From Geosiphon pyriformis uo1 (taxonomy: Eukaryota > Fungi > Glomeromycota), in NCBI GenBank assembly GCA_016748015.1, contig JAAOMT010000011.1:1-64000 (forward strand): a DNA stretch of 64,000 bases, given 5' to 3'. Positions within the stretch are counted from its first letter, which is position 1. The number at the start of each line of letters is the position of its first letter. Under the pieces are notes generated by a model. The model did not search any database and had not been told where the DNA came from. It was given only the letters and a program-made list of their open reading frames with translations. Below are positions 51,438-64,000 of this stretch, piece by piece. Made by a program: the position numbers and the translations under genes.

Positions 51438-54400
51438 TTAGATTTGTCTCATTTGTAATAAACCATCAGTATTTCCATTGTCTTTTTCCTTTTTATAATG
51501 TATAGTATAATTATATGATGCAAGTACCATTTTTCATCTTGACTGTTTTTCATCTCCAAATTCTTGTTTTTGGAGTGATGTTAATCCTTTGTGATCTGTG
51601 TATACTTCAAACTTCTGGCTTAAGTATTTTTTCCATTTTATGACTGCCCAATATATTGCTAAGTGTTCTTGTTCCGGTGTTCCATAGTTCTTTTTGGCTG
51701 GTGTTAGACCTTGGCTGGCATATGCTACTGGATGTTCTCTGCTGTCTGGTTCTCTCTGAGATAGTACTGCCCCCAATGCTTGGCCAGATGCATCGGTGGT
51801 GATGATAAATGGTTTGCTGTGATCTGAATAGATCAGTACTGGAGCTTAGATGAGCTTTCTTTTCAGAATATCAAAAGCTTCTTGTTGACTTTCTGTCCAT
51901 TTATATTTTGTATTTTTGTTTTGCAGCTGGTTGAGTGGCTGTGCTATCTTGGAGAAGTTCTGAATAAAACATCGATAGTAGTTGGCAAATCCCAAGAATG
52001 ATTTCAGTTCTGTTATATTGGTCAGCACTGGAAAGTTCTTTACTATTTCTATTTTCTCTGGATCCATTTTGATGCCATCTTTGCTGACTATATGTCCCAA
52101 GAATTTTAGTTCTGTCTTGCTGAAGAAGCACTTTGTTGCATTTAACTTTAATCCTGCTCTTTTTAGTCTTTCAAACACTTGTTGAAGATGATAAAAATAA
52201 TCATCAAACATTTTTAAGAATACATTGGTGTCATCCAAGTATACAACTACTGATTTCCATAATAAACCAGTATAAATAATTTCCATTAACCATTGGAAAG
52301 TGGCTGGAGCATTGGTTAAGCCAAATGGCATTACTTCAAATTCGAAATTTCCTTCTCTAGTAGTGAATGCCATCTTTTCTTTGTCGGCTGGATTCATGGC
52401 TACTTGTCAGTAACCACTATCTAAGTCTAATGTTGAGAACCATTTGTTCCTGCCGAAAGCGTCGAATAATTCCTGTATTCATGGAGTTGGATAACTGTCT
52501 CCATGAGTTACATTATTGAGTTTCCTGTAGTCCACACAAAATCGGATTTTTCCATTCTTTTTATAGACCAGTACTACTGGTGACAACTATGAGCTCATTA
52601 ATGGTTGAATTAGCCTATTGTCAAGCATTCAGTTTATCTCTTGACAAATGATCTCATGGCTGGCTAGTGGTACTCTGTATGCTCGCTGTTTGATTGGCAT
52701 TGCATTTCTAGTCTTGATTTAATGTTGGATGATGTCAGTTCTGCCAAATTTGTTTTTGCTGGCAAAGATGTCATTGAAATTGTTGAGTAACATCCTGAGC
52801 TGTATACGTTGTAGTGAGTTTAGATTTCCTATGTTCATTTGTTCCAATTGTTCTGGTTGGAGCAAATAATATTTGTCTTGTCCATAGATTGTTTGTGATG
52901 TGATGTTGACATATTCACAAAGTTGTAGAAAGTCTGGAATGGGGTTTGGTGATTGGTTTTCTATTTCTGTGGTTAAATATCCGATGGTGGTTCCTTCTGG
53001 TATGTTGATAACATTGCCAGTGTTGTTGTAGATGGGAATTTTTATGTGGTTATAGCTTTTGGCTGATATGTGGAGATTGATCAGTCCAATCTCTCCTGAT
53101 TTACAAAGATTTGCTTCAGCTTCAAAAATCTGTTCTTGCTCCTTTTTTTTTCTTTCTATTGCTAGCATATACTGGCTATATGATGGAATAGAAATAGCTT
53201 GACTGGTTGAGATAATTTCTCCTTGGCCAACAATTTCTTCCTCCACCATATTAACTAGTATATCTATTCTACTCATTGATTCAAATTCCTGTATCTCTCT
53301 TGCTGTTATCGCTAATTCTTCCCTGTTTCCCACTGACACTAATTAAGCTATTTTAACCAGAGATAGGAATATTGCCTGTGTTATCTTTTTGTTTGGCTCT
53401 ATTATATAGGCTTTTTCTGAGTCGTTTTGTAGCATAGCAATGATATTTCCTACATATTCTGTGTCAATTATTCCTCCTCTGATGTTTATCTCTCTTTTTA
53501 CTAAACTACTCCTAGATGCTAATTAAACCATTGTTGTTGCTGAAATTTCCAGTGCTATTTTCAAATCAATGCAGGTGTGCAAATATGATTCCAATTTGAT
53601 GGCATCTTTTCCTGGATATCTCAGATCAAATCTGGCATCAGTATCATGCACATGTTCTGGCATAATACCTTCATTATTATTGCTAAACCATTTCAGTTTT
53701 TGTTCCTTGGTGAGGTCAAGAAGTGCAATATATTGTTCATAATTTGAGTCGGAATTTGAATCTGAGTTGATATTATTGTCATTGTCATTGCCATTTTGAA
53801 TGAAGCTGGAACCATTATTCTCGTCGTCATTGTTGTTGAAGTTTGAATCAGAATTGAACGATGATTCCAACTCCGATGTGCAGCTGCTGATTGGTTCTTT
53901 CTTTTCGGGGATCATGTAGATCATGCATGGTGGTGGATTGTAAATGAGGTCACAATCATCACAATATTCAAAGTCACTGAAAATTAAACAATGGCAACAC
54001 AGTCTTGTATTCAACTGTGCTAGCCATTGTTCTTGCTTCTCTCTAGTGAGTGCTAAGTTTTGGTAGTGTTCATAGAACTCTTCTGGTTCTAGGGAATTTA
54101 TGACTGGCTCTGTGTCCCAGTCAAGCTTGATGGGTTCTGGTGGGTTGTTCTTGATCTCTCTGATCTCTTCGGGTGTTACTCTTTCTATTTTGGTGATTGC
54201 CATTCTCCAAATTTTGTCATCGTCATGTGGACAACTGTCCAGTCACTGCATGGCTCTTTTTCAAACTGTTTCTATTGGGGTTCCTTTTTTTACCCAGTCG
54301 TTTATTAGAATTGTGTATTGACATGACACGTCACATGTTCCTCTATGTCTTGGAATGTTATTCCATATCTCTTTATCTAGCAAGATCTCCTCACAAACAA

Positions 54401-57400
54401 GACAAGGTTGGTTATTCCATTTTTCTTGTCTCTTTGGTTATCCAAAGCATTCAAGTATGCATGAATGACAGTAGAACTTTGTTGCGGTGTGGTATTCCTC
54501 ATTGTCGCCACAACATGCACCCATTGATGACAGTTTCTTGCCACAATCAATGCATACAAGCCTTGGTCATCGATAATCAGATTGTTGTGGAGTGTGGTGG
54601 GTGTAGGAATTATAAATGGTGGCAGTTGGTGGCATTACTTCTTCCTTTTCTTTTCCTTTTCCTTTATCTTCTTTCTATTCCCAACTTAAGGCTTCTTCTT
54701 GTTCATTGTCAGACCAAGTCAGATTGTCAGTTTCTCAGGTAAATTCGTTTGTTTGCTTTTCTTTCCTGTTGTTGTCCCAAGAGAGTATGGGTGGCAGTTT
54801 ATTGTGCTTTTCATCAGCCCACAATACTTGGTAGGCTTCTCAGGTAGATTTTGGTTTCTCTTTCTTGAAGTTGATTAGTGGTGCAATGGTGTTGGTAGTC
54901 TTGAAGTGGTCACACATTGCTGATATGTGCATGTGTCATCTGTTTTGGCTGAGTTGTAGCTTTTGTGTGTTCCAGTCCAGAGTGGCATTCGTCTTGGACA
55001 GCCAGTTATTACCAACTAGAGTTTGGTATTGGGTGGCTTCCATGATGAGTACTTTGATTGGTACTATGATGTCATTAATTTCAATTGGTAAGTCATCGAT
55101 TTCACCAATTGGAGTCTTGGTCACTCCATTAGCTGTGATGATTCTGGCGCTGACAGTTTGATTAACTCAGTGACCTAATTGATCTATGAATTGTCGTGTG
55201 ATGATGCTGTCTGCTGAACCACTGTCAAGAATTAGTTTGATGGGATGGCCATCAATTTTCGCATCAGTGTACATGGCAGTAATTGGCTTTTCTTCTAGTG
55301 CAGCTCCACTGAATAATAGTGTGGTTAACAGTTCCTTGAGTTCAAATGGAAAAATGGCATCCAGAGATTCGTCTTCCGTGATTGTGGCAGATGGAATGTT
55401 GCTGGCTGGTGTTTGTTCGAGTTCCCAGTTGTTGGGTGTGGTGTTTTCTGGAGTAACCAGGAGACTTAAATAGTTTTGGGAATTCGGGTTTTGGGTGGCA
55501 CCTGTACCCAAATTCCGAGAACAGAGTCCTGAGTTTTGGTGAAAAGAGTTGGAAATCAGTTGATGAACAACCATTGCCAATCTCCAATTTTGAGCAATTC
55601 TGGATCTTGGGTTTCCTGATGTCATCATAGCAGAGTTTTGGAGCAGTGTTTGGATTGATGGTTGAGACTGATAAATTATTTAGAACTGTGGCTAATAAAT
55701 TACTAGAGGCTGCTGTTGATAAATTGCTGATGGTTGCAGTTGATAAACTGGAGGTTAATATATTGGTGGTTGATAGATTGGTTGCTGCGTCATTGGCAGA
55801 TAAGTATTTTGATATTGGTCTTGATCTTGATTTGGGTAATGATTCAGAGTTTGGAACTGGCAATTGGGATTTCTGTATTGATTTCCTGATCGTTGGTTGC
55901 TATAAGTATGGCAATTAACTTGAATATGGTCTTGTTTACCACAGTTGTGGCAGACATGTGTTTCTGGCTGCCACGACTGACTAGGTGCTACAAATGATGA
56001 TGGACGTGACTGATTTTGAAAACGATTTATGTTTCCTGAATTATTGTGTCATTGTGGTGGTTGATATATGGCGCAATTGTCAGCTAAGTATCTCTCTAAT
56101 TTCTGATTAATTGACTTACTAAATTGTTTCAATTTGGAATCCAATTCAGATGATCCATTCATAACTAGGTTTACTGCTTGGGCGTGATTGGCTTCTAACT
56201 CAGCTGTTTCAAAATCTCTGGCATGTGTAACTGTGATAAGGAGGTCAACTGGATGCATTGAGCATACTCGCTGAAGGAGGTTACTGTACAAACCTCTAAT
56301 AAATTGGTTCAAAATCTGTGGCACTGTAAAATAGTCAGCTTGAATTGCTTGGATCTGGCACAGGTTTCTATGGAAGCGTCCCAAGTAAGTGGTGACTGCT
56401 TCAGTCTCTTCTTGTTTGATGGTGGTGAAGAGATTAGCTAATTTGTTGATACTATTATTGTTACTGAAATATCTTAAGAATTCCGTCTTGAAGTTGTTAA
56501 AGGTTTGGGGTTTAACAGCTAGACTTTGATATCATGCATCCATGGTGTCTCTTAGAAAGTATGGGATGGCTTGAAGTGCTTGGGCATCATTCCATCTATT
56601 CGCAGTGATGGCTTTCTCTACATCATTCAGCCATACTTGCGTGTCATCCTTTTCACTGGTAAAGTTGTTAAGTTTTGTGATTGGTGCATAGGCCATTGGG
56701 TCTAAGTTGGGTTGTTGTGGTGGCTGTTGAAGCAGTTGTTGTTGTACTGGTTGTTGGGATGGTAGTTGAAATGGCTGCTGTATGGGTTTGGCTATTGGAT
56801 TAATTGGTGGTTGATTGATGACAATTACTGGAGGTAAGTTTTGCTGATTAATTAATTTGGAGTTTGGATTGTTCTGCCTTTGATGATTCAGAGTTTTGAT
56901 TTCTGAATTTTTTAGATTTAGATTTTGCTGAATTTGAATGTTCAAAGTTCCAAATTCCAGGTTTTCAAGGATCAGGTTTTGGTAAGTAAATTTTTGATAT
57001 TCCGATTCTTCTTTCTCTTCTTCTTCAGATAGTTTTCACGGAGTAGTGGTTCCAAAGTCTGGTTGAGATGGTGGTGATCGAATTCCTGATGGTGTAGGTA
57101 ATCATAAGTTAAATTTTTCTAAGTATTCACCATATGGTCTTAGTAAGTCTGTTTTCTCTTGTTTACTTTGAAATGGAAATCTTCCAAATACTAATGTCAC
57201 ATTTGATGTGGATGTGTCTGTAGATGTAATATTAATGGCACTTCTGGGTGTATAGTGGTATGATGGATTAGTTGGAGATTCGACTCTTGTTTTCTTCCAA
57301 GTGGGTGGTTGTATCCTTTTAGGTATTACTGCTGGTGTTTGTAGTTTTTCTTTGCCTTTACTAGCATATATAATTGGATATCTTTGTTGGGTGTGATGTT

Positions 57401-57674
57401 CAATTTCTTTGTTGATCTCAGTAATAATAGATGCAAAATTATAATTTGTTGGTAGGTTGGTGTTTTGAATTAATTCTCTATAAAAAGTTTCCCTTGCTGA
57501 TTCCGTATTCACTGGTGTTCCTAACAAAGAGGAAATCTTTTCATTAACATAGAAATTGAAGGCTGATTTGATGGATATATGATTGTGGTTTAATCCCAAG
57601 TATTGATAATAGTGTTGAAATAAAAATTTTGTGAATCCTAAATGGTTTGCTCTTATATTTTTTGATTCTGCCAC
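51438..57674 (-). pseudogene. Family C gag-PR-Cys-rich-dUTPase-RT-RNase H, disrupted
   Basis: MAYAPITKL capsid, CHNCGKQ knuckle, ILDSGSA, LCCHCL..YCDDC, DARFDL, YLDD (51846-52397), RH 51534-51776. Confidence 0.9.
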
Positions 57675-57718
57675 TTTTGGATGGTGTTTGTTGGTGCTGG
57701 TTCTCTGTAGGATTATAT

Positions 57719-57734
57719 CTCACAGAGAGCACCA
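57719..57734 (-). promoter_or_regulatory. PBS TGGTGCTCTCTGTGAG (probably elongator tRNA-Met)
   Basis: The complement CTCACAGAGAGCACCA fits a T-stem CTCAC plus acceptor strand as in eukaryotic elongator tRNA-Met. Confidence 0.65.
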
Positions 57735-57736
57735 AA

Positions 57737-58321
57737 TGTTACAAGTGACAAGTTCTGGTGTTGAATTAAATAACAACCCATAACTTGGTGCTCAAAAAGC
57801 TATTTCTGTTAATAATGTTCTAAAAGTGTTGTATCTGAAGGTTTTGATGGAGTCCTTTGTATAATAGACAGAAATTCAATAGTTGTTTTATCTGTAGCTT
57901 TCCAGATTTGCAAATCTGTCAATTTTTTTCTCGGCTTGGTAGCCAGCAATTCTCTGGTAAGTAATCCATATCTTCTGTACATGTCCTACCCACTTGCAAA
58001 GGTCTTTTACCAAGCAATCTTTGACATCAGTAATCAGCGCTTTTAATCAATGGATTAGTGCACAATAACAAAATCACAGAAAATAAAGAAAATAAAGAAA
58101 TCTAAAGAAATAAGCCAAGGTGATTTGCAGATTAGTATCCCATTAATAGCCATGATCAAGAGCTATTGTTCCAGTGTGGTTAAGTATCAATTACTATCAA
58201 CATGAAATCCTGCAATTCTTCTGAGAGGAATTCTGGAATTTCACATTTACTATGTCTACTTCTGATTGGCTAATATCTACTGACTAATAATACTATATTT
58301 TTCTATATTCTATGAGTAACA
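57737..58321 (-). repeat. Family C 5' LTR (585 bp)
   Basis: Matches 48636-49296 apart from an internal indel. Confidence 0.93.
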
Positions 58322-59565
58322 GTGGGGTCTTATAGATCTTAAAATACTACTCCACAATCTTTTAATGAATTGATTAAGAACTTGCACCATGATGTAGTAG
58401 TCTCTTTTGATAGCTAATATTTAATGAAGGATTTAATTGAATTGTCTGAAATAAGTAGTTACTGCTTCATGATCTTTTTGTTTAATTATACTGAATTGAT
58501 TCTGCAATCAGATTAAAGTATTGGGATCGCAAAAGTATCATAGAAAGATGAGCTTAAAGGTATTAAAGTTGGTTGGTTTTTCTGTAAGACTTTGATATTA
58601 CAAATTTGTGATTCCAGTTAGAAAGAATGGCAGCACTTGAATAGCTTTGTTATCATTCTAGTTGTTGGCAGTGATTGCTTTCTCAGCTTTCGCAATCCAC
58701 AAATATGCGTTATCTTCTTCACTGGAGAATTTTTCTAATTTGGCAATATCTTGATAAGCCATAATCTGGTGGGTAGGTAGAGTCTTATTGATTGATGCTG
58801 GGGGTTTAGTGTTTGCATACTAGAGTGTTCTCCTAGTGCTAATTCTGGTTGTTTTTCTTTGTTAATTTTCCCAATAGGCTGGAGAATAGCTGTTTTTTCA
58901 GAGGAGGTGGTTGATGATTCAGTCAATGGTTGAGTTGGCAGTGGTTCTCATGTCAATGTATTTCCGTCTGTTTTGTTAAGTGTTGGGGTGAGATTTCCAA
59001 ACAATGATCCATATTCTCCTAATGATTTGGTCTAACTATGTTGATTCCAAAAGTGTGGATTTCCAGGAGTTCATGGTGTTTCCAACTGGGTTTCCAAAGG
59101 TGGGTTGAATACAATTCTACTTTGAGGTGTCTGATGGTATGATGGAGTTGTTGAAGAAAAGACCTTTGGTTTCTTGTTGACCATGAATTTGTCTTGGGCA
59201 GTTGTGAAATTATTGGATCTGTACTTGTATTTCTCCAGATCAGATTCTACTGGTTGTTGTACTTGAAAAAATTGTTTTGTCAAGTAGTATTTAATGTCCA
59301 TATCGACTATGCGTAGAGTTTTAGTGATCACTTGAGTAGTGGTAGTTATTGAGTATCTTAGTAAGCTTTGATGGATTTGTTCTCCAAGTTTTTCTGTGTT
59401 CATTGTGCAGCCTAACAAGCAATTGATTTTTGCATTGATATAGTTGCAAAAGTCACTTTCTGCAATGGTGGTTTCTGCTGGTATTCATAGATCTTTTCAA
59501 AAGTATTGAAATAGTGCTCTTCTATATGAGGAATGGTTCTTTCCTATTGTTCTAATAGTTGTCAC
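58322..59565 (-). pseudogene. Family B gag N-terminal part
   Basis: MAYQDIAKLEKFSSEED capsid start; N-domain FCNYINAKINCLLG. Confidence 0.85.
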
Positions 59566-59626
59566 TTTTGTGTATCTCTAGGGTGCTCTGTCTCTGTGGA
59601 TTTATAACCTTACAAAGAGCACCAAA

Positions 59627-59876
59627 TGTTATGGGTAAACTTGATGGGTATGAGAAATAGTAATGTTTGATGCTCTCAATTATTAATGATGCATCTTCTG
59701 CATAATTCTGTTGGCTTAGTCTTAATTATCAGTCTCTGAAGGTTTATTCTTGGATGTGAATTTACCTGTTAAGTTCTTTTGTTATAAGACACAGAGTTTG
59801 TCTTCCGTCAATTGCAACATTTTCTATAGATGTGAACTTTTTTCTCTGAGCTAACAAGCACAGTCATTAGGGTCTG
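59627..59876 (-). repeat. Family B 5' LTR remnant (250 bp, PBS-proximal end)
   Basis: Matches 30938-31187, then joins the family A dUTPase at TCTG. Confidence 0.9.
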
Positions 59877-62800
59877 TAATATGATGATAATGTTTTCAGT
59901 ATATTCTGCATCTATGATTCCTCCTCTAATGTTGATTCCTTTGTTTGCCAATGATAATCTGAATGCAATTTGAACCATTGCTTCAAGTGGAATTTCAAGA
60001 GCAATTTTTAGATTGATTCTTGTCAATAACTTTGGTTGGAGAACCAAAGTATCTTTTCTTGGATATTTTAGATCATATCTAGCATTAATCTCATATGCTT
60101 TTTTTGGTCTAATTCTTTGGCCATAGTTGTCGAAATATTTAAGTTGTAGAGGTGGTTGATTTTCAAGAAGATAAATGGGAGTGGTTGGTAGTTCTTCTAC
60201 TAGTTCAAATACTCCAAATTCGATTTCATTTTCATCATTTTCATCTGGCAGGGGAATGCTAAGAGCATAGCATTCTAAACACCATTGGTCATCATAAGGC
60301 ATAACACATTCTTTACATAGTTGAATATTCATTTGCTTCAATTGTTGAATTTGAGCTTCTTTGGTTGGATATATATGACTTGTAATTTGGTGGTAGGTTT
60401 CTACTTTATCTTTATAATCAAATCCAGCTAATTCTATGGTGTACTCAATATATTCAGCTTCTTTTATTTGGTGGACATCACCTTGGGTGGTTTCATTGAT
60501 TAATACCATAGCTAAGTCAAATATCATTTCAGCATCATAAGGGTAATGGTAGAGTTTATTAAGAGCACTGTTGTATGCTGCATCAAATAGTGTTCCTCTT
60601 CTGAATTTTTCCGAAATTGATAGAGCATATTGGCAGATTTGATCACATACTCCTCCTCTCATTGCAACATCAATCCAGTTGTATTCTTCTGATAGCATAT
60701 CTCTACATGTAAGACAAGGAGTGTTGTCCCATTTTCTACTTCTTTTTGGAAATCTAAATCGTTTTCTATGGCATGCTTTGCAAAAGTAGCAAGTGCAAGT
60801 TTCATATTCCTCTTCTGAGAAAATACAGGCTCTCATAAATGAAAGCTTCTTTTTGCAATCTTTGCATTTTAGTGGAATGTATGGTGGTTTTTTTTGTGGT
60901 TTTGGTGTGGAATATCTAACTTTCTTCCATTTTCTTGATTCTTCAAAAATCTCTTGTTCTGTTTCCTCAGCCCAATTGGATGTTAATCCAAGAGCCATGT
61001 AGGTTTCAGTGAATGACATTTCTTTCTCCTCTTTAAATTCAAATACTGGGGCTTTATCTGATCATTTGTTGAAAGTTCTATAAATAGCAGGTATTATAGT
61101 ATATTGTCCTTAGTAGGAGATTTTTAGTTCCTGAGTTTCCCAGTCTAAGTTTGCATTGGCCTTAAAAAGCCAATCATTTTCGACCAGAGCTTGGTATTGG
61201 GATGCATCTATGACTAGAACTTTGACTAAAATAGTAATTCCATTAATAATGAATAGAAAATTGTCAATTTCTCCTACTGGTGTCTTTTTTATACCATCTG
61301 CTATAACAATTACAGTTTGGGCTGGTTTGTCAACAGTTCTTTGAAGCTATTGTATTAACTGGTAGATAATAATACTTCCAGCTAATCTATTGTTTAGAAT
61401 TAATTGGATGGGTTTTCTTTCTACTGTAATTTCAGTGTACATGACAGTGATAGTTTTTTGCTCATTAATTACTGCATTGCTAAGCAAAAATGGTAATTCA
61501 TTTGCTTCAAATTTGAATGGGAATATATCTGAAAGGTTGGTATTTTGGGCGATTTGGGCTGATAGAATAGTGTTGTTGGAAGGATTTAATCTTGGTGCTG
61601 CAACTTTACCTTCAGAAAGTGCAGTTTGTTAAAAATCCGATCCTTTTGGCATTGTAAGGTAACTGGGTTGAGTGTGATAGTGGTTGGGTCTTTGCTGACC
61701 AGAATTTCGGGGAACCAACTGGTTATTTAGATTAATTCTGTTGTTATTATTCTAAAATTGATTTTGGGATGTGAATTGGTTATGTTGAACCAATCTTCTG
61801 GCTGGTATTTGATATTGTTGAGTGGATGGTGTTTGATATTGCTGAATTGGTAAAAGTTGCTAATATTGTTGCTGTATTGGTTGTAGAGCTGGTGGATAAT
61901 AATTGTTTTAATTTTGTGGTCTTGATAAATAATAAATTGGTGGTGGAGGTTGGTAATAAGATGGTTGTGGTAAAGAATAACATTGATTACTCCTGTTTTG
62001 TTGGTCTCTTTGCAATTTTCTGCAATCTTGTTTTCAGTGTCCTGGAATTCCACAATAATGACAATTTTGAGGTTGGTTGTTAGATGGTGAACCAAAATTG
62101 TTTTGGTTACATCGTTGTAGTGGTTGATATCTTTGTGATTGTTGCTGTTGTTGTTGGTTTGTAAAGTAGTTTTCAACTTTCTTTGTAAGTTGGTCTATTT
62201 TTTTTTCAGCTGCTGAGCTGGTTTTTTCAATAGCTAGGTTGACAAGTTTGGTGTGGTTTGCTTCTTCCATTGCCATTTCATAGTTCTTTGCATGTCTAAT
62301 GGCAGTTGTCAAGTCTTTTGGAGCATGTGGACAGACTTTCTTAATGAGTTTGTCTTTTAATCTTGCTATAAACTGATCCAAAATCTGGGCATCAGAATAG
62401 TAATCATTGGTTTCCAATTGTCGAATTTGTCGAAAAAGTTTGTTGAATCTTCTAAGATAGGTCATGACAGTTTCGGATATTTCTTGTTTGATATTGCAAA
62501 AGTGATTGTAGAGAGTGATAGAGATGTTGTTGTTAGTGAATTGTTGTAAAAAAGCATCTTTGATTGCTTGCCAGTTTTCAAATGGTTCTCCTAAGTTTTC
62601 AAATCATTCTTCTACTATTTCTTGGAGAAAGTATGGAATTGCTTTAAGCATTCTTGCTGCATTCTAATCATTTGTATCTCCTGCTTTTTGAACTTTGTCA
62701 AGCCATTCTTGAGAACTGGTATCATTATCTTCACTAGTAAATTCTGGAATCTTTGCAATATAAGCAGTTGCCATTTCTTCTTTGTTTTTTGTGATTCTTT

Positions 62801-64000
62801 CTTGTTCTGATTCAGTTTTTTTACTTTCCAAGTTTTCTGAATGATCACTTTCGTTTTTCTGTAAGTATTCAATAATATTGGTGCTTGTTGATATGGGTTC
62901 TTGCTGTTGAGTAGGATTTCTAGGTGACTGAAAATCTTCTGGTCTGGAGAAACAGTTAAGTAGTAAATTTGGTGTTTGTGATTGAGCAAGTGAAATTGGA
63001 AATAATATAATAGAAAGTAGTAATTTGACACTGGTTCCTTGTTCAGATGTTTGTAAGTGTTTGGCAGTTGTTTTTGGTAGTATTGGAGTGTTTGGAGTGG
63101 TTCTTGAGTGTTGTTTTGGTTTTTGTTTGCCTTTGTTGCTTGTTTCTGTTTTTGATTCAAAGTCAAGAGAGTATTAAGACTGTACTAAGTATTTTTTTTC
63201 ACAATATTCAATAATTTTAAAATTAAGTTCTTGGAAGTAGATAGCAAGTGTTTCACTGTTCAGGTCTTCTGTTCCCAATTGTGAATAGTACACTAAATTA
63301 TTGTAGAGATTGCTTCTAACTTCTAAAATGTTGTAGTTTCCAAAAAGATAATTGTTGATACAGTTTTCAATATATTGGTATACTGATTTCTTGACAACTT
63401 CAATTCTGTCTGGAATGTTGAATTTTTGCTTGCTGTGGGTGTAAATTGATTGATAATACTCTAGAGTTGCTGTGTCTGATGTAATCACCACTTTGAATTT
63501 GTTGTTGCTGTGTTATTTCTATGAGAGAGCACCAAATGTTACTGGAGGTTTTTGGTCTCTTTTCTTGAATGTTGTTAATGTTGATTTGCTGTGAATTCAC
63601 GTTTTCAAGAAGTAGTTGGACCTCTAGTAACTGAATTTATTTTCAAATTATCTCCTATAATTTGAATTGTTGGACTTATAAGTGGAATGACCAATTCCTT
63701 GCCAGTTACTTTATGTAGTTACATTGTAGTAAACATCAACTCTTTTCCAGGAATTGCTCATCTGAAAGCTCACTAAAAATGTGTAGTTACTTTGCTGTGA
63801 AAGTCAACTCTTCTACAGGAATCTTGTCTGTAAGCTACTCTAATGATTATGATAAGAAAAGAAAAGAAAAATATAAAAAATATAAAAAAAATAAAATTTT
63901 ATCAAGGGAAACGTTTTCTATCTAGGCCTGGAGTCACTAACAGATTATTGAAATTGGTAGCTAATCAATTTCAAAATGTTAGTTGTGATGAAGGAATTTC
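59873..64000 (-). mobile_element. Family A copy A5 (5' half: 5'LTR, gag, protease, Cys-rich domain, part of dUTPase), probably the same element as A3
   Basis: LTR from 63537, PBS 63525-63534; ORFs 63174-63491, 62034-62465 and 59808-61019. Confidence 0.9.
63537..64000 (-). repeat. Family A LTR (5' LTR of A5), runs off the window
   Basis: TGTTAC start after the PBS; homologous to 27432 onward. Confidence 0.92.

Larger units (their letters stand above)
48636..58321 (-). mobile_element. Ty3/Gypsy family C full-length element (about 9.7 kb) with perfect TSD GTGG, inserted in family B gag
   Basis: LTRs 48636-49296 and 57737-58321; GTGG at 48632-48635 and 58322-58325; PBS 57719-57734; PPT about 49297-49311. 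Confidence 0.95.
30938..59876 (-). mobile_element. Ty3/Gypsy family B element (segments 30938-36868, 46786-48635, 58322-59876), carrying nested A4 and C; 5'LTR truncated
   Basis: 3'LTR 30938-31957 matches 59627-59876; PBS 59606-59624; reading frames rejoin across both insertions (LDGY|PYDKHEIW; RSIRP|HHPT). Confidence 0.9.

Noticed and set aside
59808-61019. 403-aa ORF as an intact gene
   Set aside because: A fragment of the A5 polyprotein reading across a deletion junction into LTR sequence

Overview
AT-rich eukaryotic (fungal) DNA. The repeat families resemble those of Glomeromycotina such as Geosiphon; this is an inference from recalled protein similarity, not a search. About 90% of the window is nested, mostly mutationally inactivated retroelements. 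These comprise three divergent Ty3/Gypsy LTR families (here A, B, C; four family-A elements, one split in two, plus a solo LTR, one B and one C) and two LINE copies (ORF1 RRM; the ORF2 seen in copy 1 has APE-RT-RNaseH-CCHC). Left nest: LINE1 <- A2 <- A1, plus a solo LTR in LINE1. Right nest: LINE2 <- A3/A5 <- B <- (A4 and C). Between them is a small CpG-retaining host island (about 20.6-25.2 kb) with a 7-exon LAA2/DUF5102-like gene and a decayed choline-phosphate cytidylyltransferase (PCT1) pseudogene, bordered by extremely AT-rich zones. The main candidate novel system is the architecture shared by all three LTR families: a putative GUG-initiated N-terminal Gag domain, then capsid-knuckle-protease, a large unknown Cys-rich domain, dUTPase, RT-RNaseH and a STOP; a separately encoded integrase; and a conserved non-env third ORF before the PPT. 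All 7 visible insertion sites are 4-mers centred on CG or its deamination products (TG/CA).
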